Positions 36,761-54,566 of a stretch of 64,000 bases of DNA are shown in pieces. The DNA lies in the NCBI RefSeq assembly GCF_009834535.1, contig NC_045697.1, positions 68,326,001 through 68,390,000 on the forward strand. The letters run 5' to 3'. The stretch comes from Camelus ferus (lineage: Eukaryota). The stretch's first letter is position 1, and each line of letters begins with the position of its first letter. The position numbers and the translations under genes were made by a program. The notes under the pieces are model-generated. The model was not told where the DNA came from. It made no database searches and saw nothing but the letters and a program-made list of their open reading frames with translations.

Positions 36761-39594
36761 AGAATATATAAAGTTTCATATTTCCTTCCCACTGCTGCTA
36801 TTGCCTTCCTGGTTTATTCCAGGATTCAAGTGAGAACAGCAAAAGGAGGACATTCTCAGGAAGGGCTGGAGGTAATAGCTGGAACGGAAAGTTCTCTTAC
36901 CTCAGATCACAAATGATGATGAAAGTAGCAGAGAGGAAAATAGTACGTTAGTGACTATTGAGTCCCATAATCCAGCATTTGTGAATAAGCAGGGACTGGC
37001 ATGGGGTTTGAACCTAGGCAATAAACTAGACCCAGCTTCCTGGTCATGTTTTAAATGTAGAGTCTAATGAGGGAATTAAGAGTACAGCCTTTAAAAAAAG
37101 ATGTTTACAACTTCGTTAAGTAAACCTAGATCACAGCTGGACTCAAGAATACTGATATCCTAGGCTTACTTTAAAGCTTATTTAAACCATAATCTCTGCC
37201 TCTAGCTATCTTTAAATGGGCTGTGGAATATATTCATGATTTACTTTTCTTTCTCTTCCCACTGCAAGACAAGGTATGTGATACGGATAAATCTTAAACA
37301 TCTGTGAAGCCTTTATTTTACAATATCAGTTGATACATTAATATAACCATTGTTTTCTTCACTAATACAAATTTAATTTAATCTAATTTATTCCAATTGT
37401 AACAAATATCTGCTTAAGTACCAATGACATTATTTTTAGTACTATATTCTTGCAAACAGTTACTTTATGGCTAAAATTTATTTCACAGGGATATTCTAGA
37501 CACAGTTGAGATAAAATTTGTTAAAAGATTTCAGTAAGTTTAGGATGTTCATAACATACAGTAGATACATGGCAATAGAAAAGAGGAAAATTTTCACCAA
37601 TTATTTTTTACAGAGTCTCAATTCTGTTAGTTAGACTAGGACAAGGATGGGTCAAAATTAGCTTTCTTAATATCCTAAGATGTGGCAGTTTTCTATACTT
37701 AATCTTTTTGGATTTGGACATCCAGTGTGCATGTCGGTATTTGGAGATCCAAGACAAACAGAAAGATCAGAGAAGATCTTACAAATCCAAACATCTTTAA
37801 ATGATAAGACACAAACCAGTGGATTAAAGAGAGCAGACATCATTATGCTATAATCAAATGTCTCAAGGCCAGTATAAATGATCAATCATATTGTGTTCAA
37901 ATGGGTTAGGCAAATTTAAGTGATATTAATGAAGCAGACTCAGCATTACTTTTAAAATTACTCCCATACATAGCTTCTAACCACCTTCAATCTGTCCTTT
38001 CTCTGCTTTGTTGTTGTGGGATATTCTTTATACCATAAGGTGTAAAGGCTCACGTTTCATCTGCTGATTTTTCATAAATCCACTGTATTGCTTGAGAAAG
38101 CTAAATTTGGCATGTTAAATTTACACCATATTTAAATGCTTAGACAAGTAAAGTTATAAAAATGATTCACTTCATAATCTTGACATTTTCAACCAAATTT
38201 GGGAAGCTAAAGTTGGACAATACTGCAAAGTTGAAGAGCAATTAGCAATTAGGATTGTTTTAACTGTAAGAAAATCACGGATATTCTATTTCACTAAAAT
38301 GGTCCCCCTATTAAGGGAAAGGGGAAAAACAAAACAAAACCTGACATTGACTAGTAAAAGTCATTAAAAGAAACATAATACAACTGCAAATAGAAAAGAT
38401 ACTGCTAGAAAGAAAATAATGTGACTAAGAGCCTTGCAAAAAAAGTTAGCAGTGAAGAACTATAGCATTTTGAACAGTAAATCAAATTTACTGTAATATT
38501 GGAATGTATAGTTTTCTCTCAAATATATTCTAGCTCCTTATTATTCCTAATTGGTCACTGTAAATAATCAAGGCAACATTTGAGGCATTAATGGAAAAGG
38601 CATTTTTGAAGTTATTCATATTGTACATATCAGATATTACCATATAACTTAGAAACTGTGAATTTCCTTAAACTTAATGAAGCTCATTAATTCTTTGCAA
38701 CACAGTAGTTACTAGCTAACACAATAGTAAAACTTCCATTTCCATACCGCTGGCTGAGCTACTACAGTGGAGAGTGTATTTTATGAATTAATTCAAAGCC
38801 GTCTCTTTAGGCTCTCACTAAGTAGGTACAGTAAAAAGTGGTGTTGCCCTGTGAGTCAGGTAGTCTTACTCTAGTTAAATACGTACCCAGAGGGGGGAAA
38901 ACATGCAGCATCCCAGAATCTGGGCTTAAAATCAATTTACGTTGAGAACCAAAATGTCTCCTTTATAAATATTTATAAGAAGGGATTTTAGATTATATGT
39001 TCAGCGTTGAATGGTGCATATTATTCTTATTAATGTTTCATAAACATTTGTACAAAAAACGATATGCTTTACTTTACTTCTAAGTATTAAGTAGAATTAT
39101 TGCAGCATCTGCTTCCAATGGTTGAGTACACAAGCTATTCATGCCTTGTCGTAAATTCCATGATGCATTAAGATGTCATTAAATGTACCTTCTGTGGTTG
39201 TCTCCTAATTTACATACCTTGTAAATCATCAGGTAAAAATCAAGTGAACAGGGGAATAGTCTCCTATACGCTTCCCTTCTGCCACAAACTGAGTGCAATT
39301 CATATTCTTCTCCATTCCAGTCTTCAGCCACCTCACATGCCTAATCTCTGAGACTGTCTCAGAACATTTGAAAACACAGTTATTAATGGCTTTTAAATGA
39401 TGCCTGTAATAGTATAGAAACAAACTTGGAAAATAGACCAGGAGATTATAAATGAGGTTAGGCATACCAGTTAAATTTAGCATCTCTATTGTAAACAGAG
39501 GCTATGCTTCCAGAGAACCTGCAAGTAGAGAGAAATTGGAAGATAACTGAGGGATTAACAGTCTCTTTTCTCTCAGTCCTGTTTTTAATGCCCT

Positions 39595-39835
39595 CACCAT
39601 ATGGTTCCTAGAACAATAAAATCTCAGCATTAGAAGGGGCTTACTGCTCACCTGGTGCAATTCCCTCCCATTGTGGGATTCCTCTAGATTAGTGTCCATC
39701 TGTTGTCAGAACATTTACAGTAATGGGGAGCCCACAGTTTTGTAAGAAAGTACATTCAGTTTGTCATTTGGATTGACTTGCTTTTCAGGTTTAGAAGGAA
39801 AAACTGCATTTAACTTTCAACCCCTTGTCTCCTAC
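39595..39835 (-). mobile_element. L3/CR1 LINE 3' fragment
   Basis: AAATCTCAGCATTAGAAGGGGCTTA..CAGTAATGGGGAGCCCAC..TAACTTTCAACCCCTTG. Confidence 0.5.
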
Positions 39836-40289
39836 TATTTCACAATTGTAACAATGACAGTTTTTATTCAGATTGGAGTCTTCTGTTGAGTGCTACTGCT
39901 TTGTTAAGGAGCCATGTCACTACAATATCATTCCTCTGAGTTTTGTTACCCAAGGCATTTAGTTCAGAAACTATTATTAAAATCAACAGTTTCAGGCTAC
40001 TTGGTTAAGTCACAATTGTTAGGATGATGGAAAAATTGAGCTTCTGAAAAGAGCACATTTATATTTTTCCTAAACTGAACCTAGAACATTAATAATAATT
40101 TTTCTATCACAGAGAAAGATAAAATATCCTAGGAAATTTATTGTTGACGCTTGTATTTTTTACTGAAATTTAGATGAGATTACTATCCCACAGGAACCTA
40201 ACAAAGTATTTTTGAGAGCAGTGTCATTAAAAATGGATAAATATATGTGGATTTTATATCCAAGACTCAGCAAAGAGAAGAATGATGAG

Positions 40290-40809
40290 TGTATTAATCA
40301 GAGTTCTTCAGAGAAACAGAACCAATAGGATATATATGGATATATTAAGAGAAGATTTGTTATAGGAATGGCTCCTGCAGTTATGGAAGCTGAGAAGTTC
40401 AAAATTCTGCCATCTGTGAGCTGGAGAACCAAGGAAACCAGTGGTGTAACTCAGCTCAAACCTGACGGCCTGAGACATGCAGATGCGAAATAGCGGGAGA
40501 AGGCAATGACAAGTTTCAGAGTCTGAAGATCTTAGAAAGAAGGCAGAAGGTTCAAGTCCCAGTTCAAGAAAAGAGAGAGAGAGAGAAAGAGAATTCGCCC
40601 TTTTCCACCTTTTTGTTCTATTTGAGCCCACAAGGGACTGTATGATGCTTGTTCACTTTAGTGAGGGCAGATTTTCTTGACTCAGTGTACTGATTCGAAT
40701 GCTAATCTATTCCAAAAGCATCTTCACAGACACACTCAGAAATAATTCTTACCATCTATCTAGGCATCCCTTAGCCCAGTCAAGTTGACACATAAAATTA
40801 ACCATCACA
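40290..40809 (-). mobile_element. MLT2 (ERVL) solo LTR
   Basis: TGTATTAATCAGAGTTCTTCAGAGAAACAGAACCAATAGGA ... AGTCAAGTTGACACATAAAATTAACCATCACA. Confidence 0.9.
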
Positions 40810-42045
40810 ACGGGGAATAAGAAATGAAGCATGAAACTATTGCTGAGCAATACATGAGTTCAAGATGAACCATAATTTAGCTAGATTAAATCAATTTGTT
40901 TCATTTTGAATTTGTTTCTTCCAAACAAAAGTTGTCTAACAAATACAATATTCTCTTATTTCAGGGTCATATTTTTCCCTTATGTTATGTGATTTTCCAG
41001 GCTGTAATAATTCCAGCCACTAACACCATAGAGGTCACTTGTCACAGGCTTATACTAAAAGATGAACTTCTGAAGTTTTGCCTTAGGGAAGAAGATATGG
41101 TTACCAAGTGATGGGCAGTTTTAAAAACATTGTGACACAGAAAGGACATAAGCTTTTTGTTTTTCCTTGTTGTTTTTGCTCAAAATATACGTATCAGTCT
41201 TTGCAACAGTGAGTCCTTGAATTGCTATTGAAAGGGGCATTGTGAGAAATGGGAATTCCCTGCAGTATCTAAACCTGTTAAAGCACCTAGTTTCTTGCTG
41301 CTTTATCCCCCAGGAAAACACTACAGTGTCCTGAGGAATCAAGGGAAGGGAGGAAGATGAATACAGGAGTGGAGAGGTCAGCAATAGGAGAGCAGAGAAT
41401 GTTGTTCCCTTTTAAAAATGTATTAAAATATTGTACAATGCTCTAATATATCATTTTGCAAACATGTTTTCCTTTTGAGGCACTGAAGGCAATGCCAAGA
41501 AGCAGGTGTCAGGAGAAAAATGGAGGCAGCAGAAACAAATCCAAGTATATGAGCTTCTTTGACATTTTTTTCCTCTTCCATCTGTGAGGTTTCGATGGGC
41601 ACACAAGGTCTGGGAAACTAATTTTAAATGTCATTCTCATCAGAACAGAGTCATATTTTCTATCAAATATAAAGGCAGATTCATTCTCAATAACAACACA
41701 TATACAAGATTAAACCTGTTTTAAGTCAGCTTTTCAGATGGAATTAAGATCTTGTTAATGTCAAGGAAAACAAGCATATATTTCCCACATGTTATGATTT
41801 AGAAACTAAAACTCCCCTGTCTCTTAACCAGTGATAATTATTTGGAAGTCTCCAAAATGAGGTTTACACATACAGTACAAGCTGGAAAGCTGGTATGAAA
41901 AAAGTTCACATAAAGACAATTTTTCTTATTTTGAAGTCATGTAGGTTTGATTTCCCAGGATGAATATCAAAAGCACTTGTAGATTATACCAGGCCTTTGA
42001 TTCAACCCCAGATTCACATAAATTTAAATATAGAAGACATCTTTA

Positions 42046-43606
42046 TTATTTTTAATTGAAGTATATTCAGTTTACAATGTTGTGTCAATTTCTGGTGTAA
42101 CAGCAAAATGTTTCAGTCATACATGAATATATATATATTCATTTTCATATTCTTTTTCACCAAGCTACTACAAGATATTGAATATAGTTCCCTGAGCTAT
42201 ACAGTATAAACTTGTTTCATATGTACCAGTCAGTATCTGCAAATCTTGAACTCCCAATTTATCCCTTCCCACGCCCTTCCCCCCTGGTAACCTTAAGTTT
42301 GTTTTCTGTGTCTGTGAGTCTGTTTCTGTTTTATATATGTAAGTTCATTTGTCTTTTTTTTTTTTTTAGATTCCACATATGAGTGATATCATATGGTATT
42401 TTTGTTTCTCTTTCTGGCTTACTTAACTCAGAATGACATTCTCCAGGGACATCCATGTTGTGGCAAATGGCATTATTTTATTATTTTTTATGTCTGAGTA
42501 GTATTTCATTGTATAAATATACCACAACTTCTTTATCCAATCATCTGTTGATGGACATTTAGGTTGTTCCCATGTCTTGGCTATTGTAAATAGTGCTGCT
42601 ATGAACATTGGGGTGCAGGTGTCTTTTTGACTTAAGGATCCTGCTTGATATATGCCCATGAGTGGGATTGCTGGATCATATGGTAAATCTACTTTCAGTT
42701 TTTTTGGATGAATGTCCATACTCTTTTCCACAGTGGCTGCACCAAACTGCATTCCCACTAGCAGTGTAGGAGGGTTCCCTTTTCTCCACAGCCTCTCCAA
42801 CATTTATCGTTTGTGGACTTTTGAATGATGGCCATTCTGATTGGTGTAGGTGATACCTCATTGTAGTTTTGATTTGCATTTCTCTGATAATTAGTGATAT
42901 TGAGAATTTTTTCATGTGCCTATTGGCCATTTGTTTTTTTTTTTAACATTTTTATTGATTTATAATCATTTTACAATGTTGTGTCAAATTCCAGTGTTCA
43001 GCACAATTTTTCAGTCATGTGGACATATACACACTCATTGTCACATTTTTTTCTCTGTGAGTTATCATAACATTTTGTGTGTATTTCCCTGTGCTATACA
43101 GTGTAATCTTGTTTATCTATTCTACAATTTTGAAATCCCAGTCTATCCCTTCCCACCTTCCACCTGCCTGGGAACCACAAGTCTGTATTCTCTGTCTATG
43201 AGTCTATTTCTGTCCTGTATTTATGCTTTGTTTTTGTTTGTTTGTTTGTTTGTTTGTTTTTGTTTTTGTTTTTTAGATTCCACATATGAGCGATCTCATA
43301 TGGTATTTTTCTTTCTCTTTCTGGCTTACCCTATCGGCCATTTGTATTTCTTCCTTGGAGAATTGCTTATTTAGAATGAATTCTGCCCATTTTTGGCTTG
43401 GGTTGTTTGTTTTTTTCTTATTAAGTGGTATGAGCTGTTTATATATTCTGGAAATCAAGGCCTTGTCAGTCTCATCTTTTGCAAGTATTTTCTCCCATTC
43501 TGTAGGTTGTCGTTTTGTTTTGCTTATGGTTTCCTTTGCTGTGCAAAAGCTTGTAAGTTTAATTAGGTCCCATTTGTTTATTTTTGCTTTTATTTCTATT
43601 GTTTGG
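42046..43606 (-). mobile_element. 5'-truncated L1 (host of a nested insertion)
   Basis: 3'UTR plus ORF2 C-terminus ([27 protein letters not shown]); TSD GAAGACATCTTTA (42033-42045) vs GAAAACATCTTTA (43607-43619). Confidence 0.92.
42935..43329 (-). mobile_element. Younger L1 3' end nested in the host L1
   Basis: Poly-T and a 3'UTR like that of the full-length L1; 16-bp TSD CCTATTGGCCATTTGT (42919-42934) vs CCTATCGGCCATTTGT (43330-43345). Confidence 0.95.
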
Positions 43607-44424
43607 GAAAACATCTTTAAAATTGCTCATCTTCTTCCTTGTCATCAGAAAAGAAAACTGTCTTCCTTTTGTTAGTCTTATGGAAGGGCAAATGGATGCG
43701 TGGTAGAAAAAAAATGGGACTAAGTGTTCCAGCTCCCAAATTCCATTCAGTGTTTTTCCCTTTACACAACAAAAGTGCAGCAGCTTTGCATTTTTTTCCT
43801 ATAACTTTAGCCATGTGGAATCCCAGGTACCAGAAATTATAATATTGCAACATAATGATGATATATATCATGTTTTGCTTTCAATGTACTATATACTCTA
43901 CTAGGCAATTTGTATTCATTTATTCTGAATTACTCAAGAAAAGTTTGACTGAATAGAACTTAAGCCCCTCACACAAGTTTAAACAGTCACTCATGAGTCT
44001 TAAGTTTTGAAGGCAAATTTATAGAGTCTAAGCTTAGGAAACATAACACTTAGAACATTCTAAACTCGTGATTCCATGTCTACATTCTCCATGTATGTTT
44101 CTCTTTTTATACAAAATCTGTTTTATCCCATGATACCCATATTTCTGTGCAAAATCATTGCCTTCTGCTTTCCATGAATTTGACAGGCAGGAGACCTTGA
44201 ACAGCTGTAGATCCATCAACCTACTGATAGATTCAGAGACCAAAAACCAAATTCCTGAGCTTCTCTCTCTTTCTTTCTCATTTTTAAATTGACAAATAAG
44301 AAAATCTGATTATCTTCCTCTCTTTCATGAACTACAATGAAGTTTTCATTAAATCCATCACAGTTCAAATGATAGGTATCTTCTAAACAATGCATGCACA
44401 CACACTCACACACACTGTCTGCCT

Positions 44425-44535
44425 AACAAAATAGTCAGTTCCTTAGGGTCAGGTACTATATTTTATGCTCCTTTAATATCTTCCAGGATCCTGGGGACAC
44501 TATTGATGATAAATAAGTAGTATTCTATTGGTTGA
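44425..44535 (+). mobile_element. L2 3' end
   Basis: AGTTCCTTAGGGTCAGGTACTATATTTTATGCTCCTTTAATATCTTCCAG. Confidence 0.55.
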
Positions 44536-46245
44536 CCTGTCTGTGGTTGCCTTGAATTTTTGTGTAGTCTAAGACTATGTCCCTGAATTACTCCCTTAGT
44601 GATTAACCATGGTTAATTTTCTTCAGTTTCTGAAATAATCAAAAATATGTGACAAATGCCACTCTCTTAACAACTTAAAATATTCAGATGGGACATTATT
44701 TGAAAATCAGTTTGAAATGATGTTAAGAATCATTCCCTTTGTATCCAGACAGTATTGTATAAAGAAAACACAAACAAACCAAAGACATTTCTCCATCTAA
44801 TAGTAACCATGGGAAATTACTGAAGTTCTCGCCTCTCAATTTCCTCATCTAGCACCCAAGTTGTAAAATGATAGAAGTAGATGGAAGAAGGTGTAGTAGT
44901 CAAGAAGCTTCCAGCCATGTTCTGTCAATTCCAAGGGCCATGTGAAACTCAGAGCTTTCTGGGAGAACCATGTTTGCCTGGGGGAAAGGGGGCAAGATTG
45001 AGTAGGGTGGAACTTTATTATTCCCTTCAAACTTGAACCAGAGGAGCTCCATTTTTATCAGCTGTTGTCAGTTTTACATACAGGATTTCTGTAATATGCT
45101 TTCCTTTGACAAGTTATGCTGCCATTTTTTAAGCCATAGAATTAATGATATCCTCAACTCCTATATTGTATGATATTACTGCCAGATAGTTACTTATGGT
45201 CTGTTTCTCTTCAACTATCACATTTTCCAGCCTCTGCATGGAATCCTAACAGTCCTCCTGGCACCCAGGAGAAAGCCCTTATTTTACAGCCTGTGCAGCA
45301 TTGGAAAAGTCCAGTATTCACCCTTAGAGATGAAGGAGGAAACTGGTGGTTCACGGCTCAAAATTTCCTGTTATTCCTGTCATCAAATACAACTCAAATC
45401 AGATTTGACCTACTCTGGCTTTATGTCTTTAATGGACTAAACACTCAGAAGCTGGAGAAAGAATAAAGGGGAAAGGCTCAAATGTATATCAAAGGTCAAA
45501 GTTACAAGTGTGAGAATTACTGCCTAAAGGGGACCACTGTGACTTTGTAGGTTTTTAAAAAATATGTTTATTTATGATCAGTTTCTTTCTCTTGTCTGAA
45601 GGAAAGATGGAGGAAGGGAGGTGAGACTGAGTATAGTAGTGGAAATTAGTAAGTTATTAGTATTTTATCTTTAATTGAGCATCAACAAGGTGTTTTGCTG
45701 TATCAAATACTGAATTAGACACAGTTGTTCTCCAGTAACCTCACTTTTTTGTTAGAATATTTTCTGTTACTAATCAAGTGCAGTCAATTCTTATACTACA
45801 AGCAACAAAGAATCCATTAGGGACATAAGGGTCTGTTGGACACTGTTTTGAGAAGTACAATAGGTGGTTTTCCAATGCGTGGTCCATGTTTCTGTGTAAT
45901 AACCCAGGATCATCTGTGTTACAACAGGCAGTTTCTCCTTCCCATAATTTTATTGGCAGAAATATTTAAGAACCTGTTTACTCTAGAAGCCTATCCCTGA
46001 TCCAGTTGCTTTTAATTTGACCACTGGTATATATTTTACTTGAGGAAAAATAGTTACTAAATCACAAATTTTTATATATATTTCTATGTTAACAGAGCTA
46101 CTAGATCACACCAAAAATGATTTTATTATGCTCATACTCTCCCCAAAAGATCATCTGAATTGTAGTCTCGTGAAGAATAAATCAAATCATTCTGCCACCA
46201 CTACAGATATGGAAGTTGCATCCAATTACATGTTATGTCACTGAG

Positions 46246-46781
46246 TGTCTCTATCAGTTAGGAGGTGTGTTTGGATACTCCTAAGACCAGACCCCAGGAG
46301 TTAAAATGAACTAGTGTTTATCTTCTCACAAAAGAACAAGTACATCAGTAGACATTATCAAATTGGTGAGGTGACTGCATAATGTCATTAAGCAACTCAA
46401 GCTTCTGTTTTTCTGCTGCATATCCTTCTATTCTTACCCACAAAGTAAGAAGATGATACCAGAACTCCAAATTCCATGTGCGTGTTGCAGCAGGAAGAAG
46501 AGCAAAGAGAAGGAAAGGGCAAAGGGCTCCTCCCAGCTAATTTAGCTCAATTTAAGAAATCTTACCAGGAGCCCCACCAATAGCTTGCATCTGTATCTCA
46601 TCATCCATAATGTAACACACATGGCTTCAATGACAAGAGAAGGTGGCTATAAATAGTCTTTTAGCTGAGCAACAGGGCCACTTGGATAAAATTGGGGATG
46701 GTGGTAGGGAAGTAGCTCTTCCTAAGAAAAAAAGAGAAGGAGAGAAAGAATATTGAGTAGTAACTTGAAGTTTTTGGCACA
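46246..46781 (-). mobile_element. MLT1J-like LTR
   Basis: TATCAGTTAGGA..TTTATCTTCTCACA..CAGGAAGAAG..CCAGGAGCCCCACCAA..GGCACA. Confidence 0.6.
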
Positions 46782-48134
46782 GTGGCCTACATTTGACCAG
46801 ATATATTTCATTATTTTCTCAATGGCTTCATATTTTGATTTTATATAGCACCTGAATATTGCTTCTTAACCATGCATGCTTATGGACAGCATGGTTCTCT
46901 ACAATGTCAAATATAGGCTCAATGATGTTTAAAAAAAAAAACAAAACAGATTGAGTCAAGTTTATTTGACAACATTACATTAAAATAATTTAAAAGAGGT
47001 GTTCTGTAAACTTTGAAAATACCTTTGTTTTTAAGCTGTTACAGTCAGAAAGCTAAAACCTTCTTGAAGAAATTCTGCTGTTTCAGATTCTGAAGAAATT
47101 GATGGCATAACATTAAAAATCTGAAAATAATATTATGAATCATGGAGAAAATAATTATGTTCCAGTTCATTGATTTTTATAAATAAGTGTGACATGTCTT
47201 ATGGCATTTTATCCTTATATGATTCTTCATTAAATAAGGAAAAGTGATTTTATAGTAGACTTTATGTTTATTTCAGTTTAATTAATGTAACAGATAGTAT
47301 AAATGTTGACTTCTCAAATGAAAAACACTAAATAGTAACTTCTTTGGTGAAACCCAAGGTCATCAAAACACTATAGCATATCTGTAGATTAATCTGAATG
47401 AATCTGGTACCCCAACCATTTAGGTAATTGGTCAATTCTATGTAGTAATTTGAGTATGATGTTAATGAACTAACCACTACTATAAGAACACTGAGCTACT
47501 AGCAAATGTTTGTTTGTTGTTTTGGGGTTTAGCAATTGTACCTTTTGGGTATATTGTATAACTGAAACACTTGTTAATAGGATAAGTACTAGGCTACTCA
47601 GTTGATTTCATTACACAACTTTTAATTTTTTTCTCATTTATTTTTAACCATTTTAACACAGATCATAATTTCAAAGTATTTAACACCTTACAAAGTTAGT
47701 ATATCTCAAAATTATTTAAAATATTTTACCCTGACCCAGTTCCCACAACAGCTGGAAATGACTTGTAAAACCAAAACTATATCCGTTCTTACATTTAATA
47801 AAATAGATTATACTTTTAAATTTTGGAAGAAAAGTTAAATACAAAGCACAATGGTCTTTTTAAGCTGGCATTTTCAACCCTAATCCATCCCATGAGAGAA
47901 AAGTGTGTTTTTGTCCATTATTAGTGAGAGAAAACTTACTCCCTTTCTAATATTTCATAATCCTAACATCAAGAAAGTAAAAGTCAATTTCACTCACTCA
48001 CACTTTCTTAAGACTTATTTCACTGTTAATTTTGAGCTATCACAAAGTCCTAAATTATGAGGGTTGCACAAACTTAGACTAGGATATTACTTGGAATTCA
48101 AGTTCCACCTATCTTCAGGATAAATTAGACAGAG

Positions 48135-48830
48135 ACCATCATGAGAATTAAAAGGAGATCAGTAAGCCCAATTTACTACCCAATGAAGAAATTACCTCCA
48201 TATCACTTTCAACAAATCATTGTCTAGTTTTGCATAAATTTCAGAACTTAAGAATTTTTTCTTTATATATTTTTTAAAAAGCTGTTTTGTTTCTTAAAGA
48301 CATTTTGGCTTTAGTTTAGCTGAACATATCCCTCGTGTTTCTACCCACTGCCTTAACTTCATCCTGTAGAATGACACAGAATCAGTCTAATTCTTCCATG
48401 TGACTGGTCTTTATACATGGAAACCAGTAAAGCTACCTTTCCTATTTCTATTCCTTTCAAGCTAACCACCTATTGCTCCCTCTGCTTTCCCTCATGTGAC
48501 TCAGCTCTTAGACCATTAATGAGATCCTTCCAGTTTTTTCCTGGACTTACACTAGATGTTTTTTGTTTGTTTGTTTGTTTGTTTGTTTGCCATGTTCTAT
48601 TAAAGTGCCCCCCTCCCCCCCCAATAACAAACACAGAAATCAAGATATGGCCAAGAAATTTTATCTCCCTTGCTTGAGATACTGCATGTTTACTAAAATA
48701 GGCTAAAGTAATTTATCTCTGTTTGCAGCCATAGATCACTATTGTCTAAGTAGGAGTTTTTAGTCAGTTAAAATCACTAGGTCATTCTTATTTAAAATTC
48801 AGTTGAGGCAGTTCTAAAGAGAAACATTTT
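48135..48830 (-). mobile_element. L3/CR1 LINE fragment
   Basis: TTCTACCCACTGCCTTAAC..ACACAGAATCAGTCTAATTCTTCCATGTGAC..CAAGCTAACCACC..CCTCATGTGAC. Confidence 0.6.
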
Positions 48831-49344
48831 CAGCAGCCTTGATGAAATACAGTTGTCTGTGACCCGCACTATGCCAGTTAAATAATCTTGTCAAAACAGG
48901 AGAAAAATCAGGAAAAACAAGAGAATTTTAAAATTCTCAGTGAACAGAGATAGGGTCATAACTACCAGTACTTTCTTTCTTAAGTCCTGAAATGATTTTG
49001 TTTAATTTTGCTGAGGTTGTTGCCAAGATCACGTGTCTATATTTTTAGAGATCAAGCTTCCACAAGATAAAAAGAAAGGAATAGAAAAGAGGAAAATGTG
49101 AGAAATAAAATATAGAATGTAAGAAGCTAGTGGCAGAAGAGAGAGGGAGTCTTGGAGTGAAGAAGAATGAGAAAGAAAAGGAAGAAAAAAGAGAAAAAAT
49201 GTAGATAACTTACTTATACTGCTTTTGAAATGATCCATAATTCTTCAGTTATTACCAGTAGTAGGCCTGGAATTAAAACTTCAAATTCTTTCTTGTTTCT
49301 TGAGTATAACTTATCTGGGCAAGAAATGTAAACTTAAGATGGGG

Positions 49345-49552
49345 CTGTTTGTATCTGCATCCATGGATTCAACTTTGAATTTCTTGATACATAATCCACA
49401 GGTCCTGAATTTGTGGATACTGAGGAAATAGAGTGGAAAACTAAGGGCTGACTGTACTAGAGCATTTTATGTAAGACTTGAGCATCTGCATATTTTGTTA
49501 TCCGCAGGAGTCCAAAAACCAGTCCCACATGGATGCGGAGAGATGAATGTAT
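49345..49552. mobile_element. MER2-family TcMar-Tigger MITE
   Basis: GACTTGAGCATCTGCATATTTTGTTATCCGCAGGAGTCC..GGATGCGGAGAGATGAATGTA; GCATCCATGGATTCAAC. Confidence 0.75.
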
Positions 49553-50727
49553 TTAATTAATCAGTTAATATTTAATAACTCACTTATGAAATTAAAATAT
49601 TTTCTCAACCAAGTTTTGTTTATCCTGTTTCACTTTTTTATAGGCATTCGCATGTTCAAAGAGAAACCTTTTATCCTAAGAAATGGACAGCACTTTTCTA
49701 ACACTTGACTTCCATTTGTAAGAGCAATCTTATATCCTCACAAAACATGTTTTTGACCTAGAAAAAAGCATTTTTACTTATTTGAAGTTGCCATATCACT
49801 CAAATATAATATGGATTAATCCTCAAATCTAAATCACTGTTAATTTTATAAAGATAGCTACCATAGGGAAAAATGACTATTTCAGGTGTTCATCTTCAGA
49901 ACAAAATACAAATTACAGCTTAAATCTCTTTGGAGATTCACTTTTTATATGCCTGAAGTGCTTCATTATGCAACATTATTTTGTTATGAACATCTCATTG
50001 TTCTGTCTTGCAATCAGATGTGCTGAAGACAACTCTCTCACTCAAGGTAAATTATGTGAAAATGGAAAGGAAAGAAAATTATTTCCTTGTTTATTATGTT
50101 GCAATGTAAGATGTGTGTTGACCTATGTAAAACTACCTAATGGTAACTTGAGAATCTTTAAGGTAAGTATATTTTTCTGAAATACCACTGTTTCTTCTAT
50201 TAGAGAGAGAGAGGGAGGGATTCTTAATGAAAATACATTCTCACTTAGATATAATAGGATTTAGGAAATACACTGGCTAATTAAATGCAGATATGTTAGG
50301 GTTCTACTGTTCTGAAGGAAGTATTTTCTTTACTTTGTGAAAGTTTATTAGACCCATGTTTATAAGGTAGTGCACAAACATTTGAGAAAATAATGTAACA
50401 GTTTAATTGTATTGATGAAAAACGTTAATCAATAGTCAATCAAAGAAAGAAATAGAAAATTTTATTTGAGCCAACCTGAGGATTATAACTGAAAAAACAG
50501 TCTTCCAGAAAGCTCAGAGGACTGTTATGTCCATTAGAGACTGAAGCACAATTATATAAGTTGTTGAGATAAAACGTTATATGTCAAATGACAGTTTACA
50601 CAATCCAGATCTGCATTTACAAAGCAAGTGGTGGGTCATGGGTCATAGTGACCCCTTACAAGACTGAGAAGGATGGTTATCTCCTTAGGAGTTGTGACCC
50701 TTTATAAGAGTAAGACAGAATGTTATC

Positions 50728-54320
<3,593 letters not shown>

Positions 54321-54566
54321 AAGAAAGAATATTATCTCCTAAGGAGGTCTGGTTAATGCAGATGCACAATACACACTAGAGGCGAGGGAGGAGTCCCAAA
54401 TGGGCAAAGAAAAATATTATGTTAAATTTTTCTTGTCTTGCCATAAAATATGAATATTATTTCATCAATTTGATAGAGTTGGAGAATGTGATAATCACGT
54501 ATAATTCATAATCATTCTAATAAACATTTTTTTTCAAAATTGAGTGTTTGCTTTAAAAATACATGT

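Noticed and set aside
50019..50170. + strand donors AAG|GTAAAT and AAG|GTAAGT
   Set aside because: Weak acceptors and no coding signal
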